Notes: generated by a model from the sequence alone, not told the origin. Counted from the first letter of the whole stretch, positions 1-11,001 are shown. The stretch is 62,468 nucleotides of DNA, filler included, from Chrysochromulina tobinii (GCA_001275005.1; 3 parts of 3 records of this genome joined end to end with filler, not necessarily neighbours in it), one strand, 5' to 3'. Translations and numbers: made by a program.

Positions 1-662
1 CGCCGCGGCCGCGGACCGCGGCGCGGAGCCCCGCAGCCCGCACGGCACCGCCGGTCCGCCGCCACCGCGCGCCGCGTTCGCCGCCGTTGCGCTGCTGCCG
101 CGGGGCCGCGGACCTAGAGGGATCGGATCCGCATACCTATCTCCTATCAGGGGGCGGGGTTCGAGGGGCTATTTTAATAGGCCTATAGCCCTGCCACTTA
201 GAGCGACCGGCCAGCGCCCTCCTTAGACGCTTAGAATTAGTTCCAATTAGTAATTATTTGGAATCGTAGTACGTAGACGGAGAGACGATCCCACAGCGCA
301 TCCCCCCCGCGCGCGCGTGACCAACCGCGAACCGGTCCGCCATGCGGTCCGCATGCCGGCGCCGCGGTCGGCGCCAACCCAGGTGGCGCATGGGCCGCTT
401 GGGGGTGGGCTCTCGCGGCGGGCCTCGGCGCGTGCGTAAGGGGCCGTTAACGGGGGCCCCGTCGGCGCGCGCGTCAGCGTGTGGCCGAAACCCGTGAGGT
501 GACCGAATCCCCGCCTCGGCGCCCCGGCTCGGATCGCGTCCCCGTCCGCCCGTTCTGGCGAGACCGCGCGGAGACTCTAGATTGTACCACCGTAAGCGTA
601 ACGGTAAGAGACTCTAACCGCTGGCCGCTGCGCGCGTACCGTGTACCGCCGTATCTTAGTTT

Positions 663-3092
663 CTAGTTAGCCCAGGGCGACCGCTCTGACGCTCTGACGC
701 CCTCATGAATCCTCGCAACGGTTGCCGGCAACTCTTGCCAAGGATCCCACGATCCTCGTCTGATCAACGGCTCGATTGTATCTTCGAGCTCTTTCCGGGC
801 TGCCCGAACTTGCGAAAGGAAATTCTTCCTCGCCGGAGGCGACTTCTCAAGATGCATGGCCTGGACCTCTGGCTGGGTCTTTGTGGGAGTCGTCAAACGC
901 TTTCGAGTCACGCCAGTTGGCCTCGTTTCGTTCCGTGGCGTTGGACCTCGAAGCGCTGTGGCACCTGAGGGCCTTGATTGTCCCACGCCATACGCAGCAC
1001 GGGCCTGCTGGAGAAAACTAGCTTCCGTCGTCCATGGTATCGGCTTGTTCAACACCTTTCCCAAGGCACTCGAGGTCGACCACTCCGTCGAATGCGTGAC
1101 CGAACCCTTCGAGGTAGACCACGTTAGCGAGTTCCTCGGCGACCACTCGTCCGACTCCCACCTCACAGTTGCAGCCTCCCACCAGTCCGAGCTGCGCTTG
1201 GCAAGTGCCCGTTTCTGCAGCGAACTTACATCGACTCGCGAGGAAGCGGGCCTTGGACTGCCCGGAGGCGACCGCACCGCAGGCAGCCCCCCTTTGGTCT
1301 CCGCCATGGCCTCTGCCCATTTATCATACGAGTCGCCGAAGACGTTACCATGCCATGCTCTTTCCTTCTTTGTTTGTGCATCCGCCGCCTGCGCCATCTG
1401 ATCCATCACCCAGTACTGGACAAAAATGCCCTTGTCTTGCTCGCGCCGTTCTTCCTCCGACTTGCTTCTTGCCTTCAGCTGCGCTGTCGCCCTTTTTTTG
1501 GCAGCCTCGATGGCGCTCTGTGCTTGCTCGACCCAATCAATCTGTCGGACCCGCATCGCCGACGCTTCGGCCAGCTCTTCGGCTGTTTGTTTGTTGCAAC
1601 GTGCTTGTTGCCTCTTTTGCTGCGTGGCGGATTTGACTGGCAGAGACTGCGCCGTATACTTATGATGGCTATGCCCTCGCGACAGGCAATGCTCGGCGAA
1701 AAGGGCGTCGTCAAACCAGCGCTGGAGGTGCACGATAGTGATGCGCTGTAAAAAGTTTTCCCCCACAATCATCTGCATCATCCTGTCGAATGTCGCGCCT
1801 ACGACCAGCTGGACTTCGTGCACCCACAGGTTCTCCATGTGCTTGAAATTCTCGTGGGCAGCCTCCAGAGAAAAGAAACTTTCTCGCATCAGAGCCAGAA
1901 AGTCCTCGCGAGAGAGCCCTCGGCGATTCATACCTCTCCCGTTCGTGCATCGCCACAGCTGCAACAGATCGGCGGGGCTCGCACGGAACCGTTTGAACAT
2001 GTCTGCCATCAAGACGCGCAAGACTTCCACGTCCCAGACGACCTGGTCCATGCTTATTCGAGCTGGCAGCTCGAGCTCCAGCCTAATAGGCGCCTTTGCG
2101 CGAGGGTCGAGCGAATGGCGACGGCCCTTGATCCACTCGTACAGCTCATCGAAGCCGATCTCGCCTGTGCGGGCCAAGTCGAGCGAAGAGAAGATCTCTC
2201 CAAGGGTTTCCTGCTTGCCGCGGAAGCCCAGCTCGTACACCATGCATCGTCTGAAGTCGCGCTCGCTGACACGCAGGCGCAGCGGGCCACCGGTGTCCTC
2301 GTCGCTCATCCTTTGCTCGTCGAAGAGGCGGATCAGATCGGCAACGAAGCCACCGCTTCGCCGGAGCAGCGCGCGCAGCTCTTGCTGCACGCTCGCCGGC
2401 GTCGCTCCTTTGAAGCTCCAGTGCTTCGTGTTGAGGCGCTTCTTCTTCGGCTGATCCACTCGCTCACAAGCGAGTGTGCGCACGAATGCAGATATCATGA
2501 CCTTGGTCTCTGGCTCAACGGGGCTGGATGCGGCGAGTGAGTCGACGATCTCGCGGTAGTCGATGTTGCCAGTGCCGTCCCGATCGATCGCGTGGAAGAG
2601 CTCATGTGCTGCTTGCCCGCCAAACCCCATGTCCTTGCAAGCGTTTTTGAACTCGAGTGCGTCTAGCTTCCCATTACTGTCCGTGTCGTAAAGCTCAAAT
2701 GCCGACTCGAGCGCCCCGATGCCATCCTCCAAGGTAGCTGCGTTGAGCGACCAGGCGAAGTATTCGTCGATCGAGAGCTCACCATCGCCGTCCGTGTCTG
2801 CCATATCATACCAGGTCCGAATTTCAGCGACACCAAATGCATCGCGCACTCGAGTGGGTTGCAGCGCCAGAAACTCACCAAAGTCGAGACTTTTGCTGCC
2901 ATCAGTGTCGAAAACGGCAAACGCTCTGCTCAGTTCGTCCACATTGCGCGCCGGCACAACTGCGGCGGATCCTGCAGGAGGGTTATCATTTTCTGCCGTC
3001 GTCACAGCGCGATCAACTGGACCTGGTGGAAGCAGAGCAAGATAGTAGGACGCGGGTGTGTGTATGCCTAACGGATGAGCGATGAACGGCAT
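663..3092 (-). CDS. Multi-EF-hand calcium-binding protein (809 aa ORF) with low-complexity C-terminus
   Basis: Canonical EF loops DTDGSKSLDFGE, DTDGDGELSIDE, DTDSNGKLDALE, DRDGTGNIDYRE and a degenerate DLARTGEIGFDE in one long ORF; true start uncertain. Confidence 0.8.
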   Translation of the reverse strand: MPFIAHPLGIHTPASYYLALLPPGPVDRAVTTAENDNPPAGSAAVVPARNVDELSRAFAVFDTDGSKSLDFGEFLALQPTRVRDAFGVAEIRTWYDMADTDGDGELSIDEYFAWSLNAATLEDGIGALESAFELYDTDSNGKLDALEFKNACKDMGFGGQAAHELFHAIDRDGTGNIDYREIVDSLAASSPVEPETKVMISAFVRTLACERVDQPKKKRLNTKHWSFKGATPASVQQELRALLRRSGGFVADLIRLFDEQRMSDEDTGGPLRLRVSERDFRRCMVYELGFRGKQETLGEIFSSLDLARTGEIGFDELYEWIKGRRHSLDPRAKAPIRLELELPARISMDQVVWDVEVLRVLMADMFKRFRASPADLLQLWRCTNGRGMNRRGLSREDFLALMRESFFSLEAAHENFKHMENLWVHEVQLVVGATFDRMMQMIVGENFLQRITIVHLQRWFDDALFAEHCLSRGHSHHKYTAQSLPVKSATQQKRQQARCNKQTAEELAEASAMRVRQIDWVEQAQSAIEAAKKRATAQLKARSKSEEERREQDKGIFVQYWVMDQMAQAADAQTKKERAWHGNVFGDSYDKWAEAMAETKGGLPAVRSPPGSPRPASSRVDVSSLQKRALAKRSSDWWEAATVRWESDEWSPRNSLTWSTSKGSVTHSTEWSTSSALGKVLNKPIPWTTEASFLQQARAAYGVGQSRPSGATALRGPTPRNETRPTGVTRKRLTTPTKTQPEVQAMHLEKSPPARKNFLSQVRAARKELEDTIEPLIRRGSWDPWQELPATVARIHEGVRASERSPWAN

Positions 3093-3202
3093 CGGCGCTA
3101 GCTGACGCGAGAATCAGCGTGCTGCCGCTGATGCGGACGCAACTCAGGACGAGGTGAGCACACGCGAGCAAAAGGAGCGCTTCGTGAGAGGAGGAATCGT
3201 TT

Positions 3203-3410
3203 ATACAGTACGATACCGGTATATACAGTACGATACCGGTAACAAAACCGGTAAAAAGACACCGGGGGGAGCCGGGAAACACACGGGACACACAGGGGAC
3301 ACACAGGGGACACACAGGGGACACGCGGGCGCACAACCGGTATAGTACCGATACCGGTACTGTACCGACCGGTACCGGTACAATTGTACTGTACTGGTAA
3401 CCGTACAATA
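3203..3410. repeat. Intergenic repeat cluster rich in ACCGGT/GTAC palindromes and (GGGACACACAG)n; holds one copy of a dispersed GACACCGGGGGGAGC element
   Basis: ATACAGTACGATACCGGT occurs twice; 26-bp GGTAAAAAGACACCGGGGGGAGCCGG at 3250-3275 is repeated at 3515-3540, with a related reverse-strand copy at 61687-61728. Confidence 0.75.
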
Positions 3411-3426
3411 ACAAGTCAACTAGTCC

Positions 3427-3474
3427 AGTCAAGTCAAGTCAAGTCAAGTTCTGAAGACTTGACTTGACTTGACT
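3427..3474. repeat. (AGTCA)n / (GACTT)n inverted repeat
   Basis: 19-bp perfect inverted repeat AGTCAAGTCAAGTCAAGTC (3427-3445) / GACTTGACTTGACTTGACT (3456-3474) with a 10-nt spacer. Confidence 0.85.
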
Positions 3475-3648
3475 ACAATACCAAACGAGCAACTCTTTGA
3501 AGATTTTGAAATAAGGTAAAAAGACACCGGGGGGAGCCGGTACATACTTGACCGGTTCTCGTGATTACACTTTGGAAACGGCAATCACGACAACCAACAT
3601 CAGAATGGTGTGAATAGGTGAAGCACTCAGCTCTCGCGCTCGCGACCA

Positions 3649-4813
3649 TCACAGAATCGACCTTCTCCATCCGGCGATGAGCACGCCATTGCCAACAAAC
3701 CGTTTCGGCGAAGCGCCAGCAGCGTACCCCCAGCGGACAGGCAGCTCCGGCCCCTTGCACAGCTGCTTGAGCGTGTTGGCCTCGCGTCCGTACCAAAAGC
3801 GCTCCCGGAACGTCCAGTCGACGAACCGACCAAAGCCGTGCACGGCCCACTGCACGCCGCCCGTGAGCAACGAGTCATTGTAATGCGCGGGTACAAGGCC
3901 AGTCTCGTCGTGGAGGGTGGCGCCAGCAAGACGGAGGGCCCATTTGGCCACGATGGGATCTCTGTTGATGTAGTGCGGCGCAGCCTTGAGCATGAGGATG
4001 GGAGGCACATCTCCGATCACTTGGCGCACTGCATGCTCGATGTCGGCCAGTGCCACCGCCGTCGCCGCCGCATCAATCTTCGGCATGGGGCGCCAACCCC
4101 ATCCAAGAATGTCGTCGCGATCGAGCTTGATCGTGACGCTGAGGTACACGAGGCGCGGGCCGTTGGTCTCCACGACCACGCCGGTCAGGTTGCTGGCGTA
4201 CACGGCATGCTGACGGAATGCGAGATGCTCACCACCGTCCGAGGTTTTGAGGCTGCGGACACTGCGGATGCGCAACCCCATGAGCCGCGCGCAGAGCAGC
4301 AAGCTAGGCAGCACCCCGATGGGCGCCGTGGTCCCGACAGCCTGCATGCCGAAGAGCTGGACCATGCGCTCGGTGCTGGTCCAGGCACCAGGCTAGTCCG
4401 TACTCGTGAGCATGGCGAAGGAAGCCAACGGCAGATTTCCGGGCGGTGGCGGCGCAGTTTGGTGATGCAAAGCAAGCTCTTGAGCCGAGGGGCAGGTTGG
4501 ACATGATGACATAGGCAGGTGCGTGCGGGAAGGCAGCGCGTGCATTGAGCAGGTCAAGGCCACCGAACGGATAGAGCACAGGATAGAACTGTACTCGCGG
4601 AGGAAACGTGCGCGCCGTAAAGGCGGAGAGTTCGATGGTGCGATTTGTCAGCAACCCGAAGGTGTCATCATTCGTGGAGTGGTAGATCAGACGCTCTCTG
4701 CTGGGCAGCTTCGCCGTCGAGTTGATCAGCCCATCGAGCGTCGCTGCAGCCCACTCGTTGAAGACATTGTCCTCCATTACTTGCCGACACAAATCTTCAT
4801 CTTTTTCATGCAT
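3649..4813 (-). pseudogene. Frameshifted gene for an uncharacterised protein resembling a bacterial 'YPFSGPD...LKAASY...DDSGIP' hypothetical family
   Basis: Two overlapping ORFs (4304-4813, 3649-4365) join in frame if 7 nt of GCCTGG-T-GCCTGG (+ strand 4381-4393) are removed, giving ...YGLAWTSTERMVQLF...; motifs VLYPFGGLDL, GVLPSLL, LMLKAAPHY, HDETGLVP, LPVRWGY; family recalled from memory. Confidence 0.6.
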
Positions 4814-4925
4814 GCAAAGACGAAAAGATCGCCGTTCGCCGTGCAGATGCCGTGACTAAAGTCTTTTGCATGCTAAATGATGGCAAACACGCAACTGAGA
4901 ATCTGCTTTGGTTAAAAATTCTTGC

Positions 4926-6665
4926 ATGGACGACGAGGACTCGTGGGACCAGCACAACGTCGCGTCGTTGGCGTCGAATCCAATACCGCCACGAAAGCAG
5001 CAGCAGCGCTTGTCTCTTGGCCCGGCAGCCAAGGAAGAGGAAGACCTGTTTCACCTGCCTGGTCACCTGGCAGAGGCGGCCAAGAAGGGCAGCGTGGCCC
5101 TCCTCGCCGCCGCAGCGGCAGAAGTTGGCCACGACGACGACGACGACGACGACGATGGGATGACAACGATCGGTCTGACACCCTCGGCGCTGCCGGTGCC
5201 TTTGACGCCAAAGCACCGCGTTCGCAAGCTCCTCAGCGAGACGGAGAGAAGCGCAGCAGCGACTCACAAGGTGGATAAGGACGTAGATGCCGATGAGGTC
5301 GTAGATGCCACGATTGCCATTACGGTTGCCAAGGCAGTCGCCGAGGAGGCGAGAAAAGGCAAGGAGGCGCAGACGCGCGCGCTGGCCGCCCAAGGTGCGC
5401 AGGCCGCGCGGCTGCACAAGGAGAAGCTGCAGGAAGCCTTGCAAGCGCAGCATGCGGCCCTGTACGAGCAGATGCTGCAGGGCACGCTGCCCCCGCCTCG
5501 GCAAGCGACGTGGTCCGAGGCGCTTACCGACGTGCTTCCTGGAGCCAAGTCGCTCTTCGACATCTTTGGTGCCGAGACTCACAGCCAGGCCGGCAGCCAG
5601 GCCCGCAGCCAGGCCCGCAGCCATCGAGTCAACGAAGCTGCCACGGTGGTGCCCGCTGCCTCGGCGCAGTGGCAGCAGGAAAAGGCGGCGCTCGAGGCGC
5701 GCTTACGGCTAGCCGAGGAGCGCGCCAAGGTGGCGGAAGCGAAGGCGGAGAGCTCAGCCCTGGCCCTCATCGAAGCCCGAGGGCGCCAGACGGTCGCCGC
5801 TTCACGCGCCTCCGTCGCACAGTTGGCGCTCAATACAGCGCTCCGCGAAGCCCAAGGCGGCGGTAACGGCGGTGAGTCAGCCCTTCTCAGTGAGCCTCTC
5901 GCATATGCGCACACCTCATATGCGGGCAGCATCTCCTCTTCGAAGACCATAACGAAGACCACCTCGGCATCGCCGCCTCCGCCCATCTCGGCGCCCAATG
6001 CGGCGCTGCCAGGAGCTCATCGACACCTCTCTTCGGCGTTGCCTCGGCAACCCAAAGCGGCGAGACAGTATGCTGTGAGTCAGCCCTTCTCAGAGCGCCC
6101 CTCACAGCATACCTCGTCCCCACTGAAAAATACCTCGTCTTGCACCTCGTCCGGTACCTCGTCCTCGTCGATGCATTCGCAGCCTTCGCAGCAGCTCTCA
6201 ACGTATGGTATGGCAGCACTCCATACGGACTTCGTCAATGACTTCGAACACGGGAGATCGAGCTCGAGCTCGAGACCTCACGGTGCGTCGGCGGCGCCGC
6301 ACGAGGAGGAGCTTGAGTCGCCTCCTGCCGACGAACTCGATGATGAGCTGCCGGCTTCGAGCGGGCTCTCATTGGCCGACCTCCTCGCAGATATGGAAGA
6401 GAAGACGATGAAGGCAGCCGGGTTGAGCCCCCCAGCCGGTATAAAGCACCTCGTGGGCGTCGACGTGGGCGTGGCAGTGCTGCTCCCAGGCATGCGCACA
6501 CAGCTGGATGAAGCGCCCCCGCCCGTCATGGCACCCGTGGCGATGCACCTCGCGAGCGGCTCGACCACGGACGAGACCACAGACGAGCTTGCCGGCGAGG
6601 GGCGCGAGCTCACCATGGATCGGAATCTTCCCGCCGGTCGGTCGATTGCAGACATCGACTGGTGA
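4926..6665 (+). CDS. Hypothetical low-complexity coiled-coil protein (~579 aa)
   Basis: Long ORF from ATG 4926 with Ala/Glu-rich helical segments and a Ser-rich disordered tail; head-to-head with the 4813 gene. Confidence 0.6.
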   Translation: MDDEDSWDQHNVASLASNPIPPRKQQQRLSLGPAAKEEEDLFHLPGHLAEAAKKGSVALLAAAAAEVGHDDDDDDDDGMTTIGLTPSALPVPLTPKHRVRKLLSETERSAAATHKVDKDVDADEVVDATIAITVAKAVAEEARKGKEAQTRALAAQGAQAARLHKEKLQEALQAQHAALYEQMLQGTLPPPRQATWSEALTDVLPGAKSLFDIFGAETHSQAGSQARSQARSHRVNEAATVVPAASAQWQQEKAALEARLRLAEERAKVAEAKAESSALALIEARGRQTVAASRASVAQLALNTALREAQGGGNGGESALLSEPLAYAHTSYAGSISSSKTITKTTSASPPPPISAPNAALPGAHRHLSSALPRQPKAARQYAVSQPFSERPSQHTSSPLKNTSSCTSSGTSSSSMHSQPSQQLSTYGMAALHTDFVNDFEHGRSSSSSRPHGASAAPHEEELESPPADELDDELPASSGLSLADLLADMEEKTMKAAGLSPPAGIKHLVGVDVGVAVLLPGMRTQLDEAPPPVMAPVAMHLASGSTTDETTDELAGEGRELTMDRNLPAGRSIADIDW

Positions 6666-7054
6666 CGCCTCACACTCTGCAATGTCTGTGTCGTGCCCGG
6701 AACCGTGTTCTGGCGGGGTGTGAGTGAGACTGAGCGTGTCGTTTGGGGATTTGCACACACCACGATACACTCTCGTCTTAGGTCTTATCGTGATGTGCAT
6801 GTGGGGTGGGTCGGAGGGTGCACGGCAGCGGGTCGCCGTCGTGTGTCTGAGCTACATGTCGATATACACGATAAATGGGCAGTGCCCAACATGCGATGGT
6901 GCTGTTCTCCCCATCAAGCATCATCCAGCCACCAAGTTGTGTAGTTGACCAGTGGGTCCATCAACCTTCACCTTGAAGGAGTGGGGCTCTAACCTGGCTT
7001 CTCTCAGCTATAGTGCTAGATCCCAGTCTTAGACCTCGTCTTACCTCGTGTCAG

Positions 7055-7233
7055 GTCTGTCGAGCTGTCGAGAAGCTTGACAGCTTGACGCCCCGGCACA
7101 TGCAGTCAGGGGGGTCTGTCAAGGTCTGTCGAGGTCTGTCGAGTAGCTGTCGAGCTATCCTGTCGAGTAGCTGTCGAGTATCCTGTCAAGTAGCTGTCGA
7201 GTTCCTGTCGAGTTTCCTGTCGAGTTGTCGAGG
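7055..7233. repeat. CTGTC(G/A)AG degenerate tandem array
   Basis: About 12 copies of CTGTCGAG/CTGTCAAG, mostly separated by linkers of 0-5 nt; a short reverse-strand copy at about 20575-20602. Confidence 0.8.
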
Positions 7234-7634
7234 CCAGCTGGCCAGGGCTCAACGGGGTCCGACGTCCGAGGCCGAGGTCGGACCGAGGTTGGGTCGGGTC
7301 TTAAGGCGACCACAGGAATTTCACGCTGGTTTCCGGGAAAACACGTCTGCCTAACATTGCTTATTGGCACCGGGGTCTCGACGTGGAAACGACAACGTGG
7401 TCTCGTGGGTCGTGCTATTGTACATGTAGAGTCGCGTGCGTTTGATCCCAATTTTGGCGTCTGATCGTGCGCGTGCGTTTGTGCGTTGGTGGGTCGTCCA
7501 CGGTTTGGTTCTGTGCTTCGTCTGTGTGAGCCGTGTGCGTGTGTCTGTCTCGTGCGCGTGTCCCGGGTCTCGCCCTAAAATGGATTGTAATTGGCTAACT
7601 GCGCGCCTCATCGAAACCGCACGCGGAGGTCAAT

Positions 7635-9178
7635 ATGGCCGACGCCGAGCCCGGCAGCAGCGCCGAGTCAAAGTCATCGAAGGGCTCTGGAGTGCGCTTC
7701 ACAAAGGAGGCCACCACATTTGACATCGAACCAGTTGTTGACGACGATGCCATGACTTCAGATGGTGCAGTAAGAAAAGGGCGCGGTCATAAAACTCGAT
7801 TGATGAGGTCACCAGTGTGGGGTGCGGTCTGCAACTCCATAGGCTTCATGGCGGTACCACGAACCATCCCAGCCTGCTTCAAGGCGACTGGCTGGCCGCT
7901 AGGCCTCGTGTGCCTCGTCTACTCCTCGATCGTCACGTATGACACTGGCATGATCATCGGCAAGGTGACCACGCTGGTGCCGGCCGAATGTTCCTCCTAT
8001 CCGAGCATCGCCGCCGAGGCCGGCGCCGCATTCGCGGCCCAGACAGGCCGAAATCAGAAGCGCTGGCGGATAGGCTGCCTGTATTCCGCCGCGGGCATCC
8101 AGTACTGCACCTACTACCTGACCGGCGTGTCCGAACTGATCTACTTTGAGCAATATATGGCCAGATCTTCGAAGTGAGCCCGCTCTGCCAGTGGCAATGG
8201 CTGCTCGTCGTGAGCATGATCACGCTCCCGGCGCTGCAGATTCCCGGATTCCACGGCTCGCGCTTGGCGGCGGTGATGCTCGGCCTGGTGCCCCTCGTAC
8301 TCAACATAGGGGTCTTCACATACGAGATCTTTCTGGTGCAGCCATGGAATTGTAAGCCCGGCCCGACCTATTCCGCCTGGCCCAAGTCGGTGGGCGCCGC
8401 CACCCTCGGTCTCTCCGCCTTTGGGTACGCCTTCGGCGGCCACGGCATGTACCCCGAGATCATCCGGGAGATGGCGGAGCCCTCACGTTGGGGCGAGGTG
8501 ATGGCCTGGACGTACGCAGTGGTCACCCCGCTCTATGTATACTGCGGGATTCTTGGCTACGCCGCTTACGGCGACGCGTCGATGACCAACATCAACCAGA
8601 ATGCGCCGCGCAACCTGGCAAACCAACTCTCGATCATGGTGCAAGCCTTTCAGGAGATTTTTTATGTTCTCACCCCTAACCTGGTCGTGATGCTCGCACT
8701 CGAGCTGCAGCTCGGGGTCGACCCCGCCGCATGCTACGCGCCGAGCACTCCAAAGGGCCTACTCGGCCGCGTACTCGGCGTCATGCCGACGTGGGTGCCC
8801 CGGCTCGTGCTCCGAACGATGATCCTCGGCTCGCAGTGCTTTGTTGCCCAAGCTCTCCTCTGCGGCGCGGGCGACACACTGTTCGCGATGATCTCGCTCG
8901 TCGGGGCTGTGGGCATGACTGCGTTCACGTATGTGCTTCCGTATTTGTTCTACGCGGTGCTCTCGCGAGATGCACACTCGCGCGGCTGGAAGGCGTGGGC
9001 TGCGCTCAATGTTGCGGTCGGCTCCGTTGTCATCGTCACTGGCTTCACCTCGTCCATCACACAGCTCTTCGGTTGCGAGGGCGGCTTTTTCAGTGGCGAC
9101 TGCCAGCTCGACTACGCGTATGCGCCCTTGGGAGATATTGACCCTTGCAACTTGAGCGGCTCGCCTTTCTATCCATAA
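7635..9178 (+). pseudogene. AAAP (Aa_trans) amino-acid transporter, copy 1, with a 1-nt frameshift
   Basis: Near-identical to 9397-11001; at about 8160 it reads TATATGG-CCAG against TATATGGGCCAG in copy 2, splitting ORFs 7635-8177 and 8174-9178; YAFGGHGMYPE motif; could be a homopolymer sequencing error. Confidence 0.75.
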
Positions 9179-9396
9179 AGGCTGGGGGGCTCGGCTTGCC
9201 TTTTTTGATCCTAAGTTCCTACATGTACCTGCTATACAGAGCTCCGCTTAAGAGTTCAGTTAGTGTATATGTACGTTGTCCCTTAAAAAAGCGTCGTGCC
9301 GGGCGGGGGTTCTACCGAAACTTCGTGTGGGACTCACCGGACTCACCGCGAGTGAGTGCGAGGGGTGGACAGCGCGCGCGGGGAGCTTTGCAATAC

Positions 9397-11001
9397 ATGG
9401 CCGACTCCGAGCCCGGCAGCAGCGCCGAGCCCAGTTCATCCAAGGGCTCTGGAGTGTGCTTCGCAAAGGAGGCTACAACATTTGACATCGAACCAGTTGT
9501 TGACGATCGAGGATTTGTCGACGATGCCATGACTTCAGATGGTGCAGTAAGAAAAGGGCGCGGTCATAAAACTCGATTGATGAGGTCACCAGTGTGGGGT
9601 GCGGTCTGCAACTCCATAGCCTTCATGGCGGTACCACGAGCCATCCCAGCCTGCTTCAAGGCGACTGGCTGGCCGCTAGGCCTCGTGTGCCTCGTCTACT
9701 CCTCGATCGTCACGTATGACACCGGCATGATCTACGGCAAGGTGACCGCGCTGCTGCCGGCCGACTGTTTCACCTGTCCGAGCATCGCCGCTGAGGCCGG
9801 CGCCGCATTCGCGGCCCAGACAGGCCGAAATCAGAAGCGCTGGCGGATAGGCTGCCTGTATTCCGCCGCGGGCATCCAGTACTGCACCTACTACCTGACC
9901 GGCGTGTCCGAACTGATCTACTTTGAGCAATATATGGGCCAGATCTTCGAAGTGAGCCCGCTCTGCCAGTGGCAATGGCTGCTCGTCGTGAGCATGATCA
10001 CGCTCCCGGCGCTGCAGATTCCCGGATTCCACGGCACGCGCTGGGCGGCGGTGATGCTCAGCCTCGTGCCCCTCGTGTTTAACGTAGGGGTCTTCACATG
10101 GGAAATCCTTCTGGTGCAGCCATGGAATTGTAAGCCCGGCCCGACCTATTCCGCTTGGCCCAAGTCGGCGAACAACGTCGCCCTCGGTCTCTCCGCCTTT
10201 GCGTACTCCTTCGGTGGCCACGGTCTCTACCCCGAGATGCTCCGGGAGATGGCGGAGCCCTCACGTTGGGGCGAGGTGATGGCCTGGACGTACGCAGTGG
10301 TCACCCCGCTCTATATATACTGCGGGGTCCTTGGCTACGCCGCTTACGGCGACGCGTCGATGACCAACATCAACCAGAATGCGCCGCGCAACCTGGCAAA
10401 CCAACTCTCGATCATGGTTCAGTGCATTCAAGAGGTCTTCTTCATTCTCGAGGGCAACCTGATCGTGATGCTCGCACTCGAGCTGCAGCTCGGGGTCGAC
10501 CCCGCCGCATGCTACGCGCCGAGCACTCCAAAGGGCCTGCTTGGCCGCGTACTCGGCGTCATGCCGACGTGGGTGCCCCGGCTCGTGCTCCGAACGATGA
10601 TCCTCGGCTCGCAGTGCTTTGTTGCCCAAGCTCTCCTCTGCGGCGCGGGCGACGCGCTGTTCGCGATGATCTCGCTCGTCGGGGCTGTGGGCATGACTGC
10701 GTTCACGTATGTGCTTCCGTATTTGTTCTACGCGGCACTCTCGCGCAACAAGCTCTCGCGCGGCTGGAAGGCGTGGGCTGCGCTCAATGTTGCGGTCGGC
10801 TCCGTTGTCATGGTCACAGGCTTCACCTCGTCCATCACACAGCTCTTCGGTTGCGAGGGCGGCTTTTTCAGTGGCGACTGCCAGCTCGACTACGCGTATG
10901 CGCCCTTGGGAGATATTGACCCTTGTAACTTGAGCGGCTTGCCATCCTGGGTGTTCGACAGCGAGGATGGCAAGATCGACGGCCTAAGCAACATTGCTTA
11001 A
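9397..11001 (+). CDS. AAAP (Aa_trans) family amino-acid transporter, copy 2 (534 aa)
   Basis: Many hydrophobic TM segments; FAYSFGGHGLYPEMLREM and GYAAYG motifs typical of the AAAP family; ATG 9397 aligns with the copy-1 start. Confidence 0.85.
   Translation: MADSEPGSSAEPSSSKGSGVCFAKEATTFDIEPVVDDRGFVDDAMTSDGAVRKGRGHKTRLMRSPVWGAVCNSIAFMAVPRAIPACFKATGWPLGLVCLVYSSIVTYDTGMIYGKVTALLPADCFTCPSIAAEAGAAFAAQTGRNQKRWRIGCLYSAAGIQYCTYYLTGVSELIYFEQYMGQIFEVSPLCQWQWLLVVSMITLPALQIPGFHGTRWAAVMLSLVPLVFNVGVFTWEILLVQPWNCKPGPTYSAWPKSANNVALGLSAFAYSFGGHGLYPEMLREMAEPSRWGEVMAWTYAVVTPLYIYCGVLGYAAYGDASMTNINQNAPRNLANQLSIMVQCIQEVFFILEGNLIVMLALELQLGVDPAACYAPSTPKGLLGRVLGVMPTWVPRLVLRTMILGSQCFVAQALLCGAGDALFAMISLVGAVGMTAFTYVLPYLFYAALSRNKLSRGWKAWAALNVAVGSVVMVTGFTSSITQLFGCEGGFFSGDCQLDYAYAPLGDIDPCNLSGLPSWVFDSEDGKIDGLSNIA

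Noticed and set aside
100..260. GGTTCGA (B-box-like) and palindromes near the window start, possible tRNA or SINE
   Set aside because: No cloverleaf or A-box could be built
7055..7233. Repeat with variable spacers, possible CRISPR (also the 68-nt units at 22264-22476)
   Set aside because: The 8-nt repeat and very short linkers are far too small, the 22264 units have identical 'spacers', there are no cas genes and the context is eukaryotic
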